Source: Escherichia coli
Lineage (GTDB): Bacteria; Pseudomonadota; Gammaproteobacteria; Enterobacterales; Enterobacteriaceae
Assembly (NCBI RefSeq): GCF_003018255.1
Contig: NZ_CP027440.1
Length of the DNA stretch: 64,000 nt
Direction: 5' to 3' (one strand)
Position 1 is the stretch's first letter. Every line of letters begins with the position of its first letter. The notes below the pieces were generated by a model, which made no database searches, was not told the origin of the DNA, and saw nothing but the letters and a program-made list of their open reading frames with translations. A program made the position numbers and the translations under genes. This document shows, piece after piece, positions 54,462-63,433 of the stretch.

Positions 54462-56043
54462 CCAGCATCCCCTTCATTTCCGCAGCAAACATGGCATCAC
54501 TGAGCAGCGTCATCAGGCGGGAATCATCCATTTCACGGTAAAGGGCAGGCAGGTCTGCCAGTGCCTCCGCCAGCCCCCGCGTTCTGATGGCATCAATGAC
54601 CGGCTCCAGTACCGGGTCGATGGCCTCCTGTAACCGGCGGGCAGGCACCGCATCCCCCATGTCGTCCAGTTCATCTCGGGGGCTGCTTTTCGCTTCCGGC
54701 AGTCTGGCAGCCAGCGCTGTCTGCTCTGTCTTCTCCTGTTTTTCCGGTGGCATCTCTTTGTCTGTCTGAGCAGGTTCATTGCCACTCTGACGGACACGGA
54801 AGATGGCTTCACCGGGGGCAGGCTGTGGAATACCGGTCTGCTCCCGTACCCAGGGATCAGGAATATCCATCCCCGTACTGAGCTGCATCACCGCACTGGT
54901 GATTTTGGTGATATCCCCCGGCTCTTTTGTCTGGAAACAGATACGCGGCAGGCGACGGATATCAATGGCGTGGGCGGTGTTCAGGGCATACAGCGGATAC
55001 ACCAGATCGCGGTTCAGCGTGGCGGCCAGCTGACGTAAATCAGAATCCCTGATTTCCCGGCGCACCTCGTTATGCACTTCACCCAGCGAACGTGCGCCCT
55101 TGTCTCCGGCTTCCGTGGTCAGCGTGCCGCCGAGGATAGCTTTGGAGATGGAACGCTCCCCCCACGAAATCATGGTTTCAAACGGATCGGCCTGACCGTT
55201 CGCTGCCGCCTGAAACTCCAGCGACATCCCGGCCGGGATGATCCCGCCTGTACGTCGCCCGATATCCATCACCGCCCGCATCAGGGCGCTTTTCTGCTCC
55301 GGTGTTGCCCCGGAGGGGTATTTACCGACCTTCATCGGCAGGCCGTACACCTCCAGAAATTCAGCCAGATCGCGCACGGAATAGTTTTTGAAAATGAACG
55401 GCCAGATAAGCGTTCTGACAAGCCCCGTCGCACCACCGTAGCCGGTGCGTGAACGTGACTGATGCACTATCCAGCCAAAGGGCTGAAACGCCACCCCGGC
55501 ATGGCTGCCGTCACGCAGCCGCAGTTCGCTCAAATCATCCGGGTTAAGGCAGAAATGCCCGCTGTCACGCCAGCGGATGGCGCGGATGATGTGCATTTTA
55601 CCGAGCATCCCGTGCTCAATCTCCATGCAGGAATAGCCTTTCAGGATGGCATCGGTGGCATCAAACAGCATGGCATCAAACCAGTCGGCGGAATGCAGAT
55701 ATTCGTCGAGCATTTCCGCGTCCTTTTTCTCATTCGCGCTGGCGTTCGGGGGCGGCTCAATACTCCAGGGCACGCCCTGAATGGCAAGACGTCGCTTGCC
55801 CAGCTCTGCAAAAAGGTGGGTATCCTTTTCTTCAATGTCAGCGGCCAGATCGGACTGGGCAATCAGATCGCCACGTTCAGCCCCGCGAAGGCACTGTGCC
55901 GCCCGGTTCGGGGTGATACCCGAGGCCGGATGTTCAATATAACGGCTGGCAATCTGCGGAATATCCAGCGCGGCGCTCTGCATCTCCGGGTCAAAGGAGA
56001 AAGGTTTTCCGTCAAGATCAATTATACGTCCCACTACCAGCAC
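54445..56043 (-). CDS. portal protein (Mu gp29-like)
   Basis: 532-aa ORF directly downstream of terminase large subunit. Confidence 0.7.
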   Translation of the reverse strand: MLVVGRIIDLDGKPFSFDPEMQSAALDIPQIASRYIEHPASGITPNRAAQCLRGAERGDLIAQSDLAADIEEKDTHLFAELGKRRLAIQGVPWSIEPPPNASANEKKDAEMLDEYLHSADWFDAMLFDATDAILKGYSCMEIEHGMLGKMHIIRAIRWRDSGHFCLNPDDLSELRLRDGSHAGVAFQPFGWIVHQSRSRTGYGGATGLVRTLIWPFIFKNYSVRDLAEFLEVYGLPMKVGKYPSGATPEQKSALMRAVMDIGRRTGGIIPAGMSLEFQAAANGQADPFETMISWGERSISKAILGGTLTTEAGDKGARSLGEVHNEVRREIRDSDLRQLAATLNRDLVYPLYALNTAHAIDIRRLPRICFQTKEPGDITKITSAVMQLSTGMDIPDPWVREQTGIPQPAPGEAIFRVRQSGNEPAQTDKEMPPEKQEKTEQTALAARLPEAKSSPRDELDDMGDAVPARRLQEAIDPVLEPVIDAIRTRGLAEALADLPALYREMDDSRLMTLLSDAMFAAEMKGMLDGTGD

Positions 56044-57698
56044 CCCCGATCAAATTCATGATATGCCTCATCGTCATCACGATAACCGCCCTCCATGGCC
56101 CGCGACCGCTCCGGCAGCGCCTGACAGGCTGATTCATCCAGGATGAAGCCCTCCATGTATGACGCCCGGTTTGCCATACAGAGCGCCACGGCAAAATCGC
56201 CATGGCGGCGGGCGTTCACAGCCGTTGCGTTCTGGTCCTTCGTACGCCCCTTGTCAATTTGCGGGATACCGTTCACCACCTTCACATGGCGCAAATCATC
56301 AAGCGTGGTCTGATGGCGGGCGACGAGGATATTCTGATCCTCAAACTCGGCCTTCAGTTTTGGCATCCACTCGCCGTACCACTTCGGCGATAACATCACG
56401 CAGTCGATGATGTCCGGGCCAAAGGCCAGCAGCGCGGCTTCGGCCAGATAGCCGCCGTTACCGGTGGCGTCGAACGCCGCACCGACCAGCGCCGGAACGC
56501 GGGTCAGGATGTACATCATCACCTGCTCCTGCTGGGCATACGGCAGGTTGCGCAGCTCCACGCGAAACACCTCGCGTTTTGCCAGGGATTCAGTGATTTC
56601 CAGCAGCACAAAGCAGGAGAGGTCACCGATGCGGGCAAAGTCTTCCCCGAAGCTGAAGCGGGAACGGGGATTTAACGCCTCTAAAAGCGGTTTTAAATGT
56701 TCTTCACACCAGGTTAAAACCTCCGATTCACGCAGCCATGCGGCACGGCTGATGAAGTCGTCCGGGGCTTCAAACGTCAGAATCGGGATGTCGCGGAGCA
56801 TCGCCATTTCAATAAGCGCGTGAGGAATATAGGCACCGCCGGATTTTTTCGGGATACAGCCGTATTCCTCGTCGGCATCCTCACGGGTCGGGGCGTTTTT
56901 GTAGAGATCATCACGCCACTTCTGCTCGCTTTCCGGTGACCATTCGCGGCCGGTGACATAACAGATACGACGGTACAGCCCGTCCGCAATGGCATCATCC
57001 AGGGTAATGCGGTGGACGCTGTAATCCTTGCGCCCCTCGCGGGCTTCCTGAATGTACTGATTAAACAGATTATCGACGCCGTTATGCGTGGAGATAATAC
57101 GCACGCGCGCGCCCCACATGGTGAGCGCCATTGCCGCCTTGAGAAGCTCATCCAGTGACTCGTGGAACGCGGCTTCATCAATCACCACATCCCCCTGAAG
57201 GCCGCGCAGGTTTGACGGACGGGAAGACAGTGCCTGAATTTTGAATCCACTGTTCGGAAAGCGGATCATGTAGGTCAGAATTTCTTCTTTTTTATCCCGA
57301 TCCCAGAAGGTCTGCTCATACACATCAGCATCTGCCAGCTGGTTAAAGGCACGGGAGAACAGTGCGCAGGCAGAAATATATTCCAGCGCCATCTCCTGCT
57401 TTGACCCCACATAAAACACATTGCGGCCACCACGCCGCTTAGGCTTTGCGGCGGTAATGACGTTACGCCCGGCTTCCGCCCAGGTAAGCCCGGTGCGGCG
57501 GGATTTTTCCGCGATGCAGACCTCGCTTTCATCCTCAAACCAGCGGGCCTGATAATCCAGAAATACCGGCATATCACCGGGCAAATCAAGGCTGTCCGGC
57601 ACATCCACGCCCAGCAGGGCTTTTTCACCGGCCAGATCAATTTTGCGGGTGGAGACGGTATTCGTCAGTAAGGGGGAGAGTTCTTCGGCGTTATTCAT
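56034..57698 (-). CDS. terminase large subunit (Mu gp28-like)
   Basis: 554-aa ORF; size and position upstream of portal. Confidence 0.75.
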   Translation of the reverse strand: MNNAEELSPLLTNTVSTRKIDLAGEKALLGVDVPDSLDLPGDMPVFLDYQARWFEDESEVCIAEKSRRTGLTWAEAGRNVITAAKPKRRGGRNVFYVGSKQEMALEYISACALFSRAFNQLADADVYEQTFWDRDKKEEILTYMIRFPNSGFKIQALSSRPSNLRGLQGDVVIDEAAFHESLDELLKAAMALTMWGARVRIISTHNGVDNLFNQYIQEAREGRKDYSVHRITLDDAIADGLYRRICYVTGREWSPESEQKWRDDLYKNAPTREDADEEYGCIPKKSGGAYIPHALIEMAMLRDIPILTFEAPDDFISRAAWLRESEVLTWCEEHLKPLLEALNPRSRFSFGEDFARIGDLSCFVLLEITESLAKREVFRVELRNLPYAQQEQVMMYILTRVPALVGAAFDATGNGGYLAEAALLAFGPDIIDCVMLSPKWYGEWMPKLKAEFEDQNILVARHQTTLDDLRHVKVVNGIPQIDKGRTKDQNATAVNARRHGDFAVALCMANRASYMEGFILDESACQALPERSRAMEGGYRDDDEAYHEFDRGCW

Positions 57699-58279
57699 CA
57701 GGCTTTACCCAACAGAATCCCCTTAATACGGGACTCAAGCTGTTCACTCATCCCGTCCACGCCGCGCAGCTCGTCGGTGACGGCGTTTGCCATCTCTTCA
57801 GCAAATGCAGCCCGGATTTCTTTTTCACGCTTAATGCTGCGCTCGGCGGCACTTTCCGCACGCTGTGCTGACAGGAGGATGTCCTTAATAAGACGCATAT
57901 CCACGTCGCTGTCACTGTTCAGGGATTCGGTCGCGGCACGCAGACGGCGGTACATCAGGGCGCGGGACATCTCCAGAATCAGCGCTGTGGTTTCACCGGT
58001 TGGCTTGTCTCCCAGTTCGGCCATCATGGCTTTTGTCTGCTCGCGTAAATCACGCAGGTTACGGGCAATCAGCTCATTACGGGAGGCTTCCCGGCTGATG
58101 GCCGCCGGTGAAAGCTGCTGCTCTTCCGGCAGGCCCGCCTCACGGATCAGACGGTTGATTTCCTCGCGTATCTGGACCTGCGTCAGACGTTTTTCACGCA
58201 GCATTTCCAGCAGTGGCTTACGGATGCTGTCGGGGAGCAAATCCACCTTGCGCACGCGTCCACGCGTCGGCTTGTCCAT
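57698..58279 (-). CDS. terminase small subunit-like / DNA-binding protein (Mu gp27-like)
   Basis: 193-aa charged helical ORF immediately upstream of the large terminase. Confidence 0.5.
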   Translation of the reverse strand: MDKPTRGRVRKVDLLPDSIRKPLLEMLREKRLTQVQIREEINRLIREAGLPEEQQLSPAAISREASRNELIARNLRDLREQTKAMMAELGDKPTGETTALILEMSRALMYRRLRAATESLNSDSDVDMRLIKDILLSAQRAESAAERSIKREKEIRAAFAEEMANAVTDELRGVDGMSEQLESRIKGILLGKA

Positions 58280-58281
58280 CG

Positions 58282-58572
58282 TTACCCCCTTGCGCGTGGT
58301 TTCTTCACACCCGGAACGCTGGCGCGACCTTCCGCCACATCCTGACCCCGGCCGGTCAGTTCGGCGATGAAATAACCGTTAACGAGCGTGCGCTTACGCA
58401 CCAGTCCCTGCTCGGCAAGCCAGGCAATGTGGGTGTGAACGGTGTCGCGGGACACGCGGTGGCCGTAATCATCCAGACAGTCCTGGAGCACGGATTCACC
58501 CAGTTCACCGTTGTAATCTGCCAGCGACCGCAGAATGACCAGACGCTGATCTTCAGTAATGAAATCACTCAT
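58282..58572 (-). CDS. hypothetical protein (Mu gp26-like)
   Basis: 96-aa ORF. Confidence 0.4.
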   Translation of the reverse strand: MSDFITEDQRLVILRSLADYNGELGESVLQDCLDDYGHRVSRDTVHTHIAWLAEQGLVRKRTLVNGYFIAELTGRGQDVAEGRASVPGVKKPRARG

Positions 58573-58877
58573 TGCGTTTTTTTCCTTACAGCCTGCTCCA
58601 GCAGCAGTTCGTTCTGATAGGAGACAGAGCGGAGCGTGGCGTTCGTGGTTTTCAGTTCACCCCGCAGGGTCACGATTTCCACATTCAGACGGTTGACCTC
58701 GGCTTCTGTCGGCAGTGACGACAGGCGGGTTTCCACCTTCTCAACGCGGTCGGAGAGTTTTTCAAAGGCCTCGCGGGGGACAAACGTTTTGCGCATCAGC
58801 GCCATGAATATCCCGCCAGCGGTTGCCGTCGCCGAAAGGATCGGCACAACATAATCTTTAACGATGCTGACCCACAT
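58569..58877 (-). CDS. membrane protein with one TM helix and coiled coil; candidate endolysin-release (releasin-like) lysis factor
   Basis: 102-aa ORF, N-terminal hydrophobic segment ILSATATAGGIFMALM, sits in the lysis-proximal block. Confidence 0.35.
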   Translation of the reverse strand: MWVSIVKDYVVPILSATATAGGIFMALMRKTFVPREAFEKLSDRVEKVETRLSSLPTEAEVNRLNVEIVTLRGELKTTNATLRSVSYQNELLLEQAVRKKTQ

Positions 58878-59085
58878 GACGGGCCTCCATGATGTTCTGG
58901 CAGTTCACACAACGGATGGCATCCGGCACAGCAACAAGACGTGCGGCGGGGATCTCTCCGCCACAGTCCGCGCAGACACGTCTGCCCGGAGCATCCATTG
59001 CCCGGCGCTTACGTGTCAGCCGGTTACAAAGGGCGCGTTCTGATCCCCGCTCCATCACAGCCTGAGCACGATCTGAATCATCCAT
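58858..59085 (-). CDS. TraR/DksA-family C4 zinc-finger protein
   Basis: CADCGGEIPAARLVAVPDAIRCVNC motif (CxxC-17-CxxC); start taken at MDDSDRAQ. Confidence 0.6.
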   Translation of the reverse strand: MDDSDRAQAVMERGSERALCNRLTRKRRAMDAPGRRVCADCGGEIPAARLVAVPDAIRCVNCQNIMEARHVGQHR

Positions 59086-59095
59086 ACCTTTTTCC

Positions 59096-59467
59096 TTACT
59101 TCGTCTTTCCTGCCGGAACAGCAGGCGTTCCGGCCATATCAGTAAATTCATGTTGTCGCCGCGCCTCCAGACGACGAATACTGGCCTTGTCCACGTTGCA
59201 GTTCTTGATCACCGCCAGCAGTTGCAGGTTGTAAGTGACCGATGCCCCAAACGTGAACGGCTCCGGCGCAGGAGGGACCAGGCAGTCAGCCAGCCATTCA
59301 GCGGGGATCGGCACCGGCTTCACAGGCACGTATTTCACAGACGGCCCGGCGCACCCGATCAGCCACATCATCAGGAACAGGGGCAGAGGCCGCAGGCACT
59401 GCCGCCAGCGACCGGCGGACAACGCTCTGCTGCCCCTCGCTGTGCTGAATGTTCTGTTGTTTTTCAT
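59096..59467 (-). CDS. o-spanin (Rz1-like) lipoprotein, out of frame within and beyond the Rz-like gene
   Basis: Lipobox LIGC followed by a proline-rich mature region; read from the alternative frame of ORF 59096..59662. Confidence 0.5.
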   Translation of the reverse strand: MKNNRTFSTARGSRALSAGRWRQCLRPLPLFLMMWLIGCAGPSVKYVPVKPVPIPAEWLADCLVPPAPEPFTFGASVTYNLQLLAVIKNCNVDKASIRRLEARRQHEFTDMAGTPAVPAGKTK

Positions 59468-59648
59468 TCGTGGCCGCCTCACTGATTTGTGAAATGAGTT
59501 GCAGGGTGTGCTGCTGATTTGCCAGCACCTGACGCGCCTCATCCCGCTCACGCACAAGCACCTGATTATTGTCTTCAAGGCGCTGCGTCTTCTGGTGCAT
59601 TCCCCATATAGCGGCAACCAGTACAGCGATAATCCCCAGCGCCGCCAT
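59298..59648 (-). CDS. i-spanin (Rz-like), start uncertain
   Basis: N-terminal TM helix then charged coiled coil; ORF track 59298..59819 overlaps lys, so an internal start was chosen. Confidence 0.5.
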   Translation of the reverse strand: MAALGIIAVLVAAIWGMHQKTQRLEDNNQVLVRERDEARQVLANQQHTLQLISQISEAATNEKQQNIQHSEGQQSVVRRSLAAVPAASAPVPDDVADRVRRAVCEIRACEAGADPR

Positions 59649-59760
59649 GCACGCCCCGGCAATCAGGGCCGGTAAGGCATTATTCACCGCAGCCACAGGA
59701 CACCCCGTAACAGCAGTACCGCACACAGCAGCGCTATCATGAGCGGTCGCCAGAAGCGGT

Positions 59761-60261
59761 TCAGACTTTCGGCAAGTCGTAGCGACATAACCATTCATCC
59801 GCCGAACGGCGGGCCTCAAGGCCGGGGAGTTTCACCCCCTTTGAATAAATCCAGCGGATATACTGCTTACAGGACGCGGGCATCTGCCCGGCATTGATCA
59901 GGCGCAGAAGCGTGGAGTTGCGAAAGTTCGTTTCACCGGCCCAGAAGATCCACGAAGCCAGCGCCACCGTCTGACCACGGGTAAGCGGCACCTGAACACG
60001 CCGATCAATGGCCGCAAAGGCCCATTTCATGTCCTTTTCCAGTAGTTCCAGGCATTCTTCATCTGTCAGGGTCATACCCGGTTTCACATCCGGGCCGGTA
60101 TGGCCGTAACAGATGGTGGGTGTACCGGAGGGATCGATATACGTGGAGTTTTCTTTCCCTTCCCAGTAACCGGTGTAATGCGTGGCAATCGTGAACGTCC
60201 CGGCACCGGCCAGAACAAGGGCAATCAGCTTTTTACGCAGTGGTGCGGGGAGTTTTGGCAT
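59761..60261 (-). CDS. SAR endolysin (T4-lysozyme-like, GH24)
   Basis: N-terminal Gly/Ala-rich weak TM (LIALVLAGAGTFTIA) then E...D...T catalytic spacing (YWEGKE..YIDPSGTPTICYG). Confidence 0.7.
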   Translation of the reverse strand: MPKLPAPLRKKLIALVLAGAGTFTIATHYTGYWEGKENSTYIDPSGTPTICYGHTGPDVKPGMTLTDEECLELLEKDMKWAFAAIDRRVQVPLTRGQTVALASWIFWAGETNFRNSTLLRLINAGQMPASCKQYIRWIYSKGVKLPGLEARRSADEWLCRYDLPKV

Positions 60262-60332
60262 TGTTACGCTGTCTCATGATGTTCTCTGAGTCAGCGTAAC
60301 GGTGAAGGAGAGGCGGCAGGCTTTGCGGAATA

Positions 60333-60758
60333 TCAGAAAAGTGGCGGTTGCGTTCTTGCCAGATGCAGACGGCGCTGTTCGCGTATGACGGTATAAATCT
60401 GGGTTTCTGACATCCGGTAATGGCGGCGAAGGGATTCAATTTTCTCGCCCCGGTCCCAGCGCGAAAATATCTCATTGTTTCGCAGCTCGGCAAAGAGAGA
60501 TTCCCCGACCGGCAGGTAATAACCCCGTCCGCCCATATAGGCTGCCTGAGCCGCAGCCACCTTGCGTGCCAGTTTACCGGCCAGTACCGGCTCAATCCCC
60601 TGACGCTGAAGTTCTGCGCCGGTGACTTCAACCAGTTCTGACAGGGTCCGCGGCCAGTTCTTTTTGAGAACATCATCAGGGATGTCATCAAGGCGGTCGA
60701 TAAGGGCGTGCAGTTGCTCACTGTCACCACCAAACATGCTCATCTGAGTTTCTGCCAT
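60333..60758 (-). CDS. Mor/C-family transcriptional activator
   Basis: C-terminal region GGRGYYLP...IYTVIREQRRL resembles Mu Mor (GGGQVYIP...VYKAIRRMRRL, recalled); immediately upstream of the lysis gene. Confidence 0.65.
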   Translation of the reverse strand: MAETQMSMFGGDSEQLHALIDRLDDIPDDVLKKNWPRTLSELVEVTGAELQRQGIEPVLAGKLARKVAAAQAAYMGGRGYYLPVGESLFAELRNNEIFSRWDRGEKIESLRRHYRMSETQIYTVIREQRRLHLARTQPPLF

Positions 60759-60827
60759 ATCAGCCTCCGGTTCTCGCGTTCCCGGTAAGTTTAAAATAAA
60801 AATCCCGCGTTGTGGCGGGATTTGGAG

Positions 60828-61337
60828 TTAACGGGGAAGTGATTTTTCATACTGCCTGCAAACGGCGTCATACCCCATCAGCGTGCGTTCGGGCATTCCC
60901 ATCGCGGCCAGCATTTTGCGGCGGTGCCATCGCTTGAGACGCTCCAGCACATCTGAGGCCAGGGCGGGGTGTTGCTCCAGCCACTGCCAGTTTGCCACAC
61001 CTTCGCCGCCGTTTTGCGCGGCCGTCTGCGATTTCACCCAGCGGTTAAGGGCGGTTTCCGCACCATCGGTGATAAAGCCCTGCCGGTGCATCACCTTCCA
61101 GATGGCGCGAATTTTGGCGGTCACCGTACCCGGTTTTAAGGCCCGGTTAACCGGGTTCTGACGCACTTTAAAACCGCGTTTTTTGAAAACATCCAGCACG
61201 CGGGATAACTCATCCGGTGACATATCCCGGCAGCTGGTTTTGCCGGTGGCTGCCAGCAGCGCGGATGTATAAGTCTCATCATCCAGGGCAAGCTCGCGCT
61301 TTGCCACATGAATGGCGGATATCAGTTTTCCTCTCAT
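60828..61337 (-). CDS. GemA-like (DUF1018) early regulatory protein
   Basis: 169-aa ORF with N-terminus LISAIHVAKRELALDDETY typical of the family; position before Mor/C as in Mu. Confidence 0.55.
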   Translation of the reverse strand: MRGKLISAIHVAKRELALDDETYTSALLAATGKTSCRDMSPDELSRVLDVFKKRGFKVRQNPVNRALKPGTVTAKIRAIWKVMHRQGFITDGAETALNRWVKSQTAAQNGGEGVANWQWLEQHPALASDVLERLKRWHRRKMLAAMGMPERTLMGYDAVCRQYEKSLPR

Positions 61338-61630
61338 ACCGTATTTACCTTTTTACGGACATGGAAAGCCTTTTCTGCCTCATCCCACCGGGCATGGTGT
61401 GTTGGTGGAATAATCATTATGTGCCAGCCATCTCTGGTTGTTATCCGGCAGAAAAATTCACCGCTATATAACACAATGGCCTGCTGAATGAGCGCATCAG
61501 CCGCCCGTTCAACCGGATGTCTTTTATCAAAAAAGCAGATGATTTTTCGACATAACCACCGGGTAATAACAAATGCGCCGAAAAAGGATGTGATATATAA
61601 GCACCAGAACAACAGAGAACTATTGTCCAT
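61334..61630 (-). CDS. hypothetical early-region membrane protein
   Basis: 98-aa ORF with hydrophobic N-terminus. Confidence 0.35.
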   Translation of the reverse strand: MDNSSLLFWCLYITSFFGAFVITRWLCRKIICFFDKRHPVERAADALIQQAIVLYSGEFFCRITTRDGWHIMIIPPTHHARWDEAEKAFHVRKKVNTV

Positions 61631-61817
61631 TATCTTTCTCCTTATTCAGTCTTCTGCGACATTCGGCACAGTCATCAGGGCTTTCAAATGTATCCGGCTC
61701 GCGATTATGAGCCAGATATAACCACCGCCTACATATACTGATATTATCGCCAGTTTTAAAAAAATGATGCTTCTTAGCCATCAGAGGGCGCGCCCATCCA
61801 GCGGGTAGACTATTCAT
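61620..61817 (-). CDS. hypothetical early-region protein
   Basis: 65-aa ORF. Confidence 0.3.
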   Translation of the reverse strand: MNSLPAGWARPLMAKKHHFFKTGDNISICRRWLYLAHNREPDTFESPDDCAECRRRLNKEKDNGQ

Positions 61818-62184
61818 TTGCTTTATCCTCCATACTGGACAAAATCATCTGTATTAATGTCGGGCGTGGAGATATACGCATTTCATTAAGCGTCTGAAGG
61901 GCAGCAACAGCTGCCTGTTTATCGGTGCCTTTGGCAATTTCCGCAAGAGAATGCACAATCCATAACGGACTTAACGCCACGACTGAATCCAGAATCATGT
62001 CATCCATAATAATTTCTGACACATCCCGCTTATCACATTCCTTATCCATAAAAGAAACGATTTTTTCCACATCTTCCGGTTTCATGCCTCCGGCGATAAG
62101 AAATTTGCGATACTCATAAGACGATCTTAATTCAATACTCATATTCATCTCCTGTAACTCTGACAAGGACGTGATTTTTCTCAT
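61810..62184 (-). CDS. hypothetical early-region protein
   Basis: 124-aa ORF, overlapping start/stop with neighbours. Confidence 0.4.
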   Translation of the reverse strand: MRKITSLSELQEMNMSIELRSSYEYRKFLIAGGMKPEDVEKIVSFMDKECDKRDVSEIIMDDMILDSVVALSPLWIVHSLAEIAKGTDKQAAVAALQTLNEMRISPRPTLIQMILSSMEDKANE

Positions 62185-62366
62185 TTATGTTTTCCAGTAA
62201 TACGGATATATATGTCGATAAGAAGATTCATAATAAACAGGAAGAGCGACATCCTGATAAAGAACCAAATATCTGGCATCATGGACAGGTTTCCTGTAAT
62301 CGCAAATATAACCCCCCCCCCCAACACCGGAACGAAAATTGCGAAAAATACAAGTCTCTTTATCAT
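62181..62366 (-). CDS. hypothetical small membrane protein
   Basis: 61-aa ORF with two hydrophobic segments. Confidence 0.35.
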   Translation of the reverse strand: MIKRLVFFAIFVPVLGGGVIFAITGNLSMMPDIWFFIRMSLFLFIMNLLIDIYIRITGKHK

Positions 62367-62914
62367 GGCGTTAACTCCCGTAATACAGCGTCCTCGGCAG
62401 TCCGGCGATGGTGATAAATAAAATTCACCGTACTCTCGGATAATTCAAATTTCTCGCCTATTTCCCGGAAGGTAAGACGTCGTGGTGATTCAGCATCCCG
62501 TAATTCACGAATAAGATGAACATCATCGTCAGGTATACGGGTGAAGGGCAGCAATTCTCCGTATTTTTTCATGCTTACGCCAATATATCGCGCCCGATTG
62601 TGGACAGAATCCCGGTCTCGCCCCAGATATTCTCCTATTTGCTTACCGGTCATCGTTCTGGCATTTTTTCGGATAAATTTATCTTCATCATGTTTAAATC
62701 TTGGACGTTTGCATTTGAGCAACTCCGGGTAAGTACCGCGTAATAAAACAATCCGGTTATGTACACCCCAGAAACTTCTTTTTACCCTGACAGCAATATC
62801 CTTAACCGGGGTGGATGGATAAAGCGCAATCAGCAGCGCATCTTCTTCAGGTGTCCACGCACGGACATGAGCAGGTGCCTGACCTTTTCGCCCCATGGGT
62901 TGTAAAATCATCAT
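62363..62914 (-). CDS. hypothetical early-region protein with several helix-turn-helix-like segments
   Basis: 183-aa basic ORF with HTH-like stretches (TGKQIGEYLGRDRDSVHNRARYIG, LTFREIGEKFELSESTVNFI). Confidence 0.4.
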   Translation of the reverse strand: MMILQPMGRKGQAPAHVRAWTPEEDALLIALYPSTPVKDIAVRVKRSFWGVHNRIVLLRGTYPELLKCKRPRFKHDEDKFIRKNARTMTGKQIGEYLGRDRDSVHNRARYIGVSMKKYGELLPFTRIPDDDVHLIRELRDAESPRRLTFREIGEKFELSESTVNFIYHHRRTAEDAVLRELTP

Positions 62915-62917
62915 ACA

Positions 62918-63433
62918 TCACCCCCTGACTCGCTTTTCAGCAGCATAAAACTCATCAGACAGAATTTCGGTCATTTTCTGATTTGCGGGTTTTACGCCGC
63001 ACTCAAGGTAAATCACATCGTCAACGCAGAACCACTTCACAGGGCCAAACATGATTGCCGAGAAATCAATACCCAGCCAGAACAACAGTGCATCGGTTCT
63101 GGCATACGTGACGGGCGAATATTCACGCCACAGACTGTTAAGTTCGTCAGAGGCAACGCGCAGGGCTTTGGGAATACGTGATGTGCGCGGTGTGCAGCTC
63201 CAGCCATTCGACGCAGTCGGTTTTCGCCATAAGTCGCGATGAAAAGGATATTTGTCATCCATAAAGCGCAGCCCTTTAAAACAAAAGCCACTGATACCGG
63301 ATACAAATACCGACCGGCACGCAACATTCAGCACGGCCTCAAGGCGTTTTGCCTCATCCTTAACTTTCTGGCAGTCCTGCTGATATTTTTGCCACGCGGC
63401 CAGCGCGGAAGGGTTTGATGTTTTAAAGAACAT
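62918..63433 (-). CDS. hypothetical early-region protein
   Basis: 171-aa ORF. Confidence 0.4.
   Translation of the reverse strand: MFFKTSNPSALAAWQKYQQDCQKVKDEAKRLEAVLNVACRSVFVSGISGFCFKGLRFMDDKYPFHRDLWRKPTASNGWSCTPRTSRIPKALRVASDELNSLWREYSPVTYARTDALLFWLGIDFSAIMFGPVKWFCVDDVIYLECGVKPANQKMTEILSDEFYAAEKRVRG

Noticed and set aside
57777-58370. 197-aa plus-strand ORF rich in Arg and Ser
   Set aside because: Antisense to the Mu gp27-like gene; low-complexity composition.
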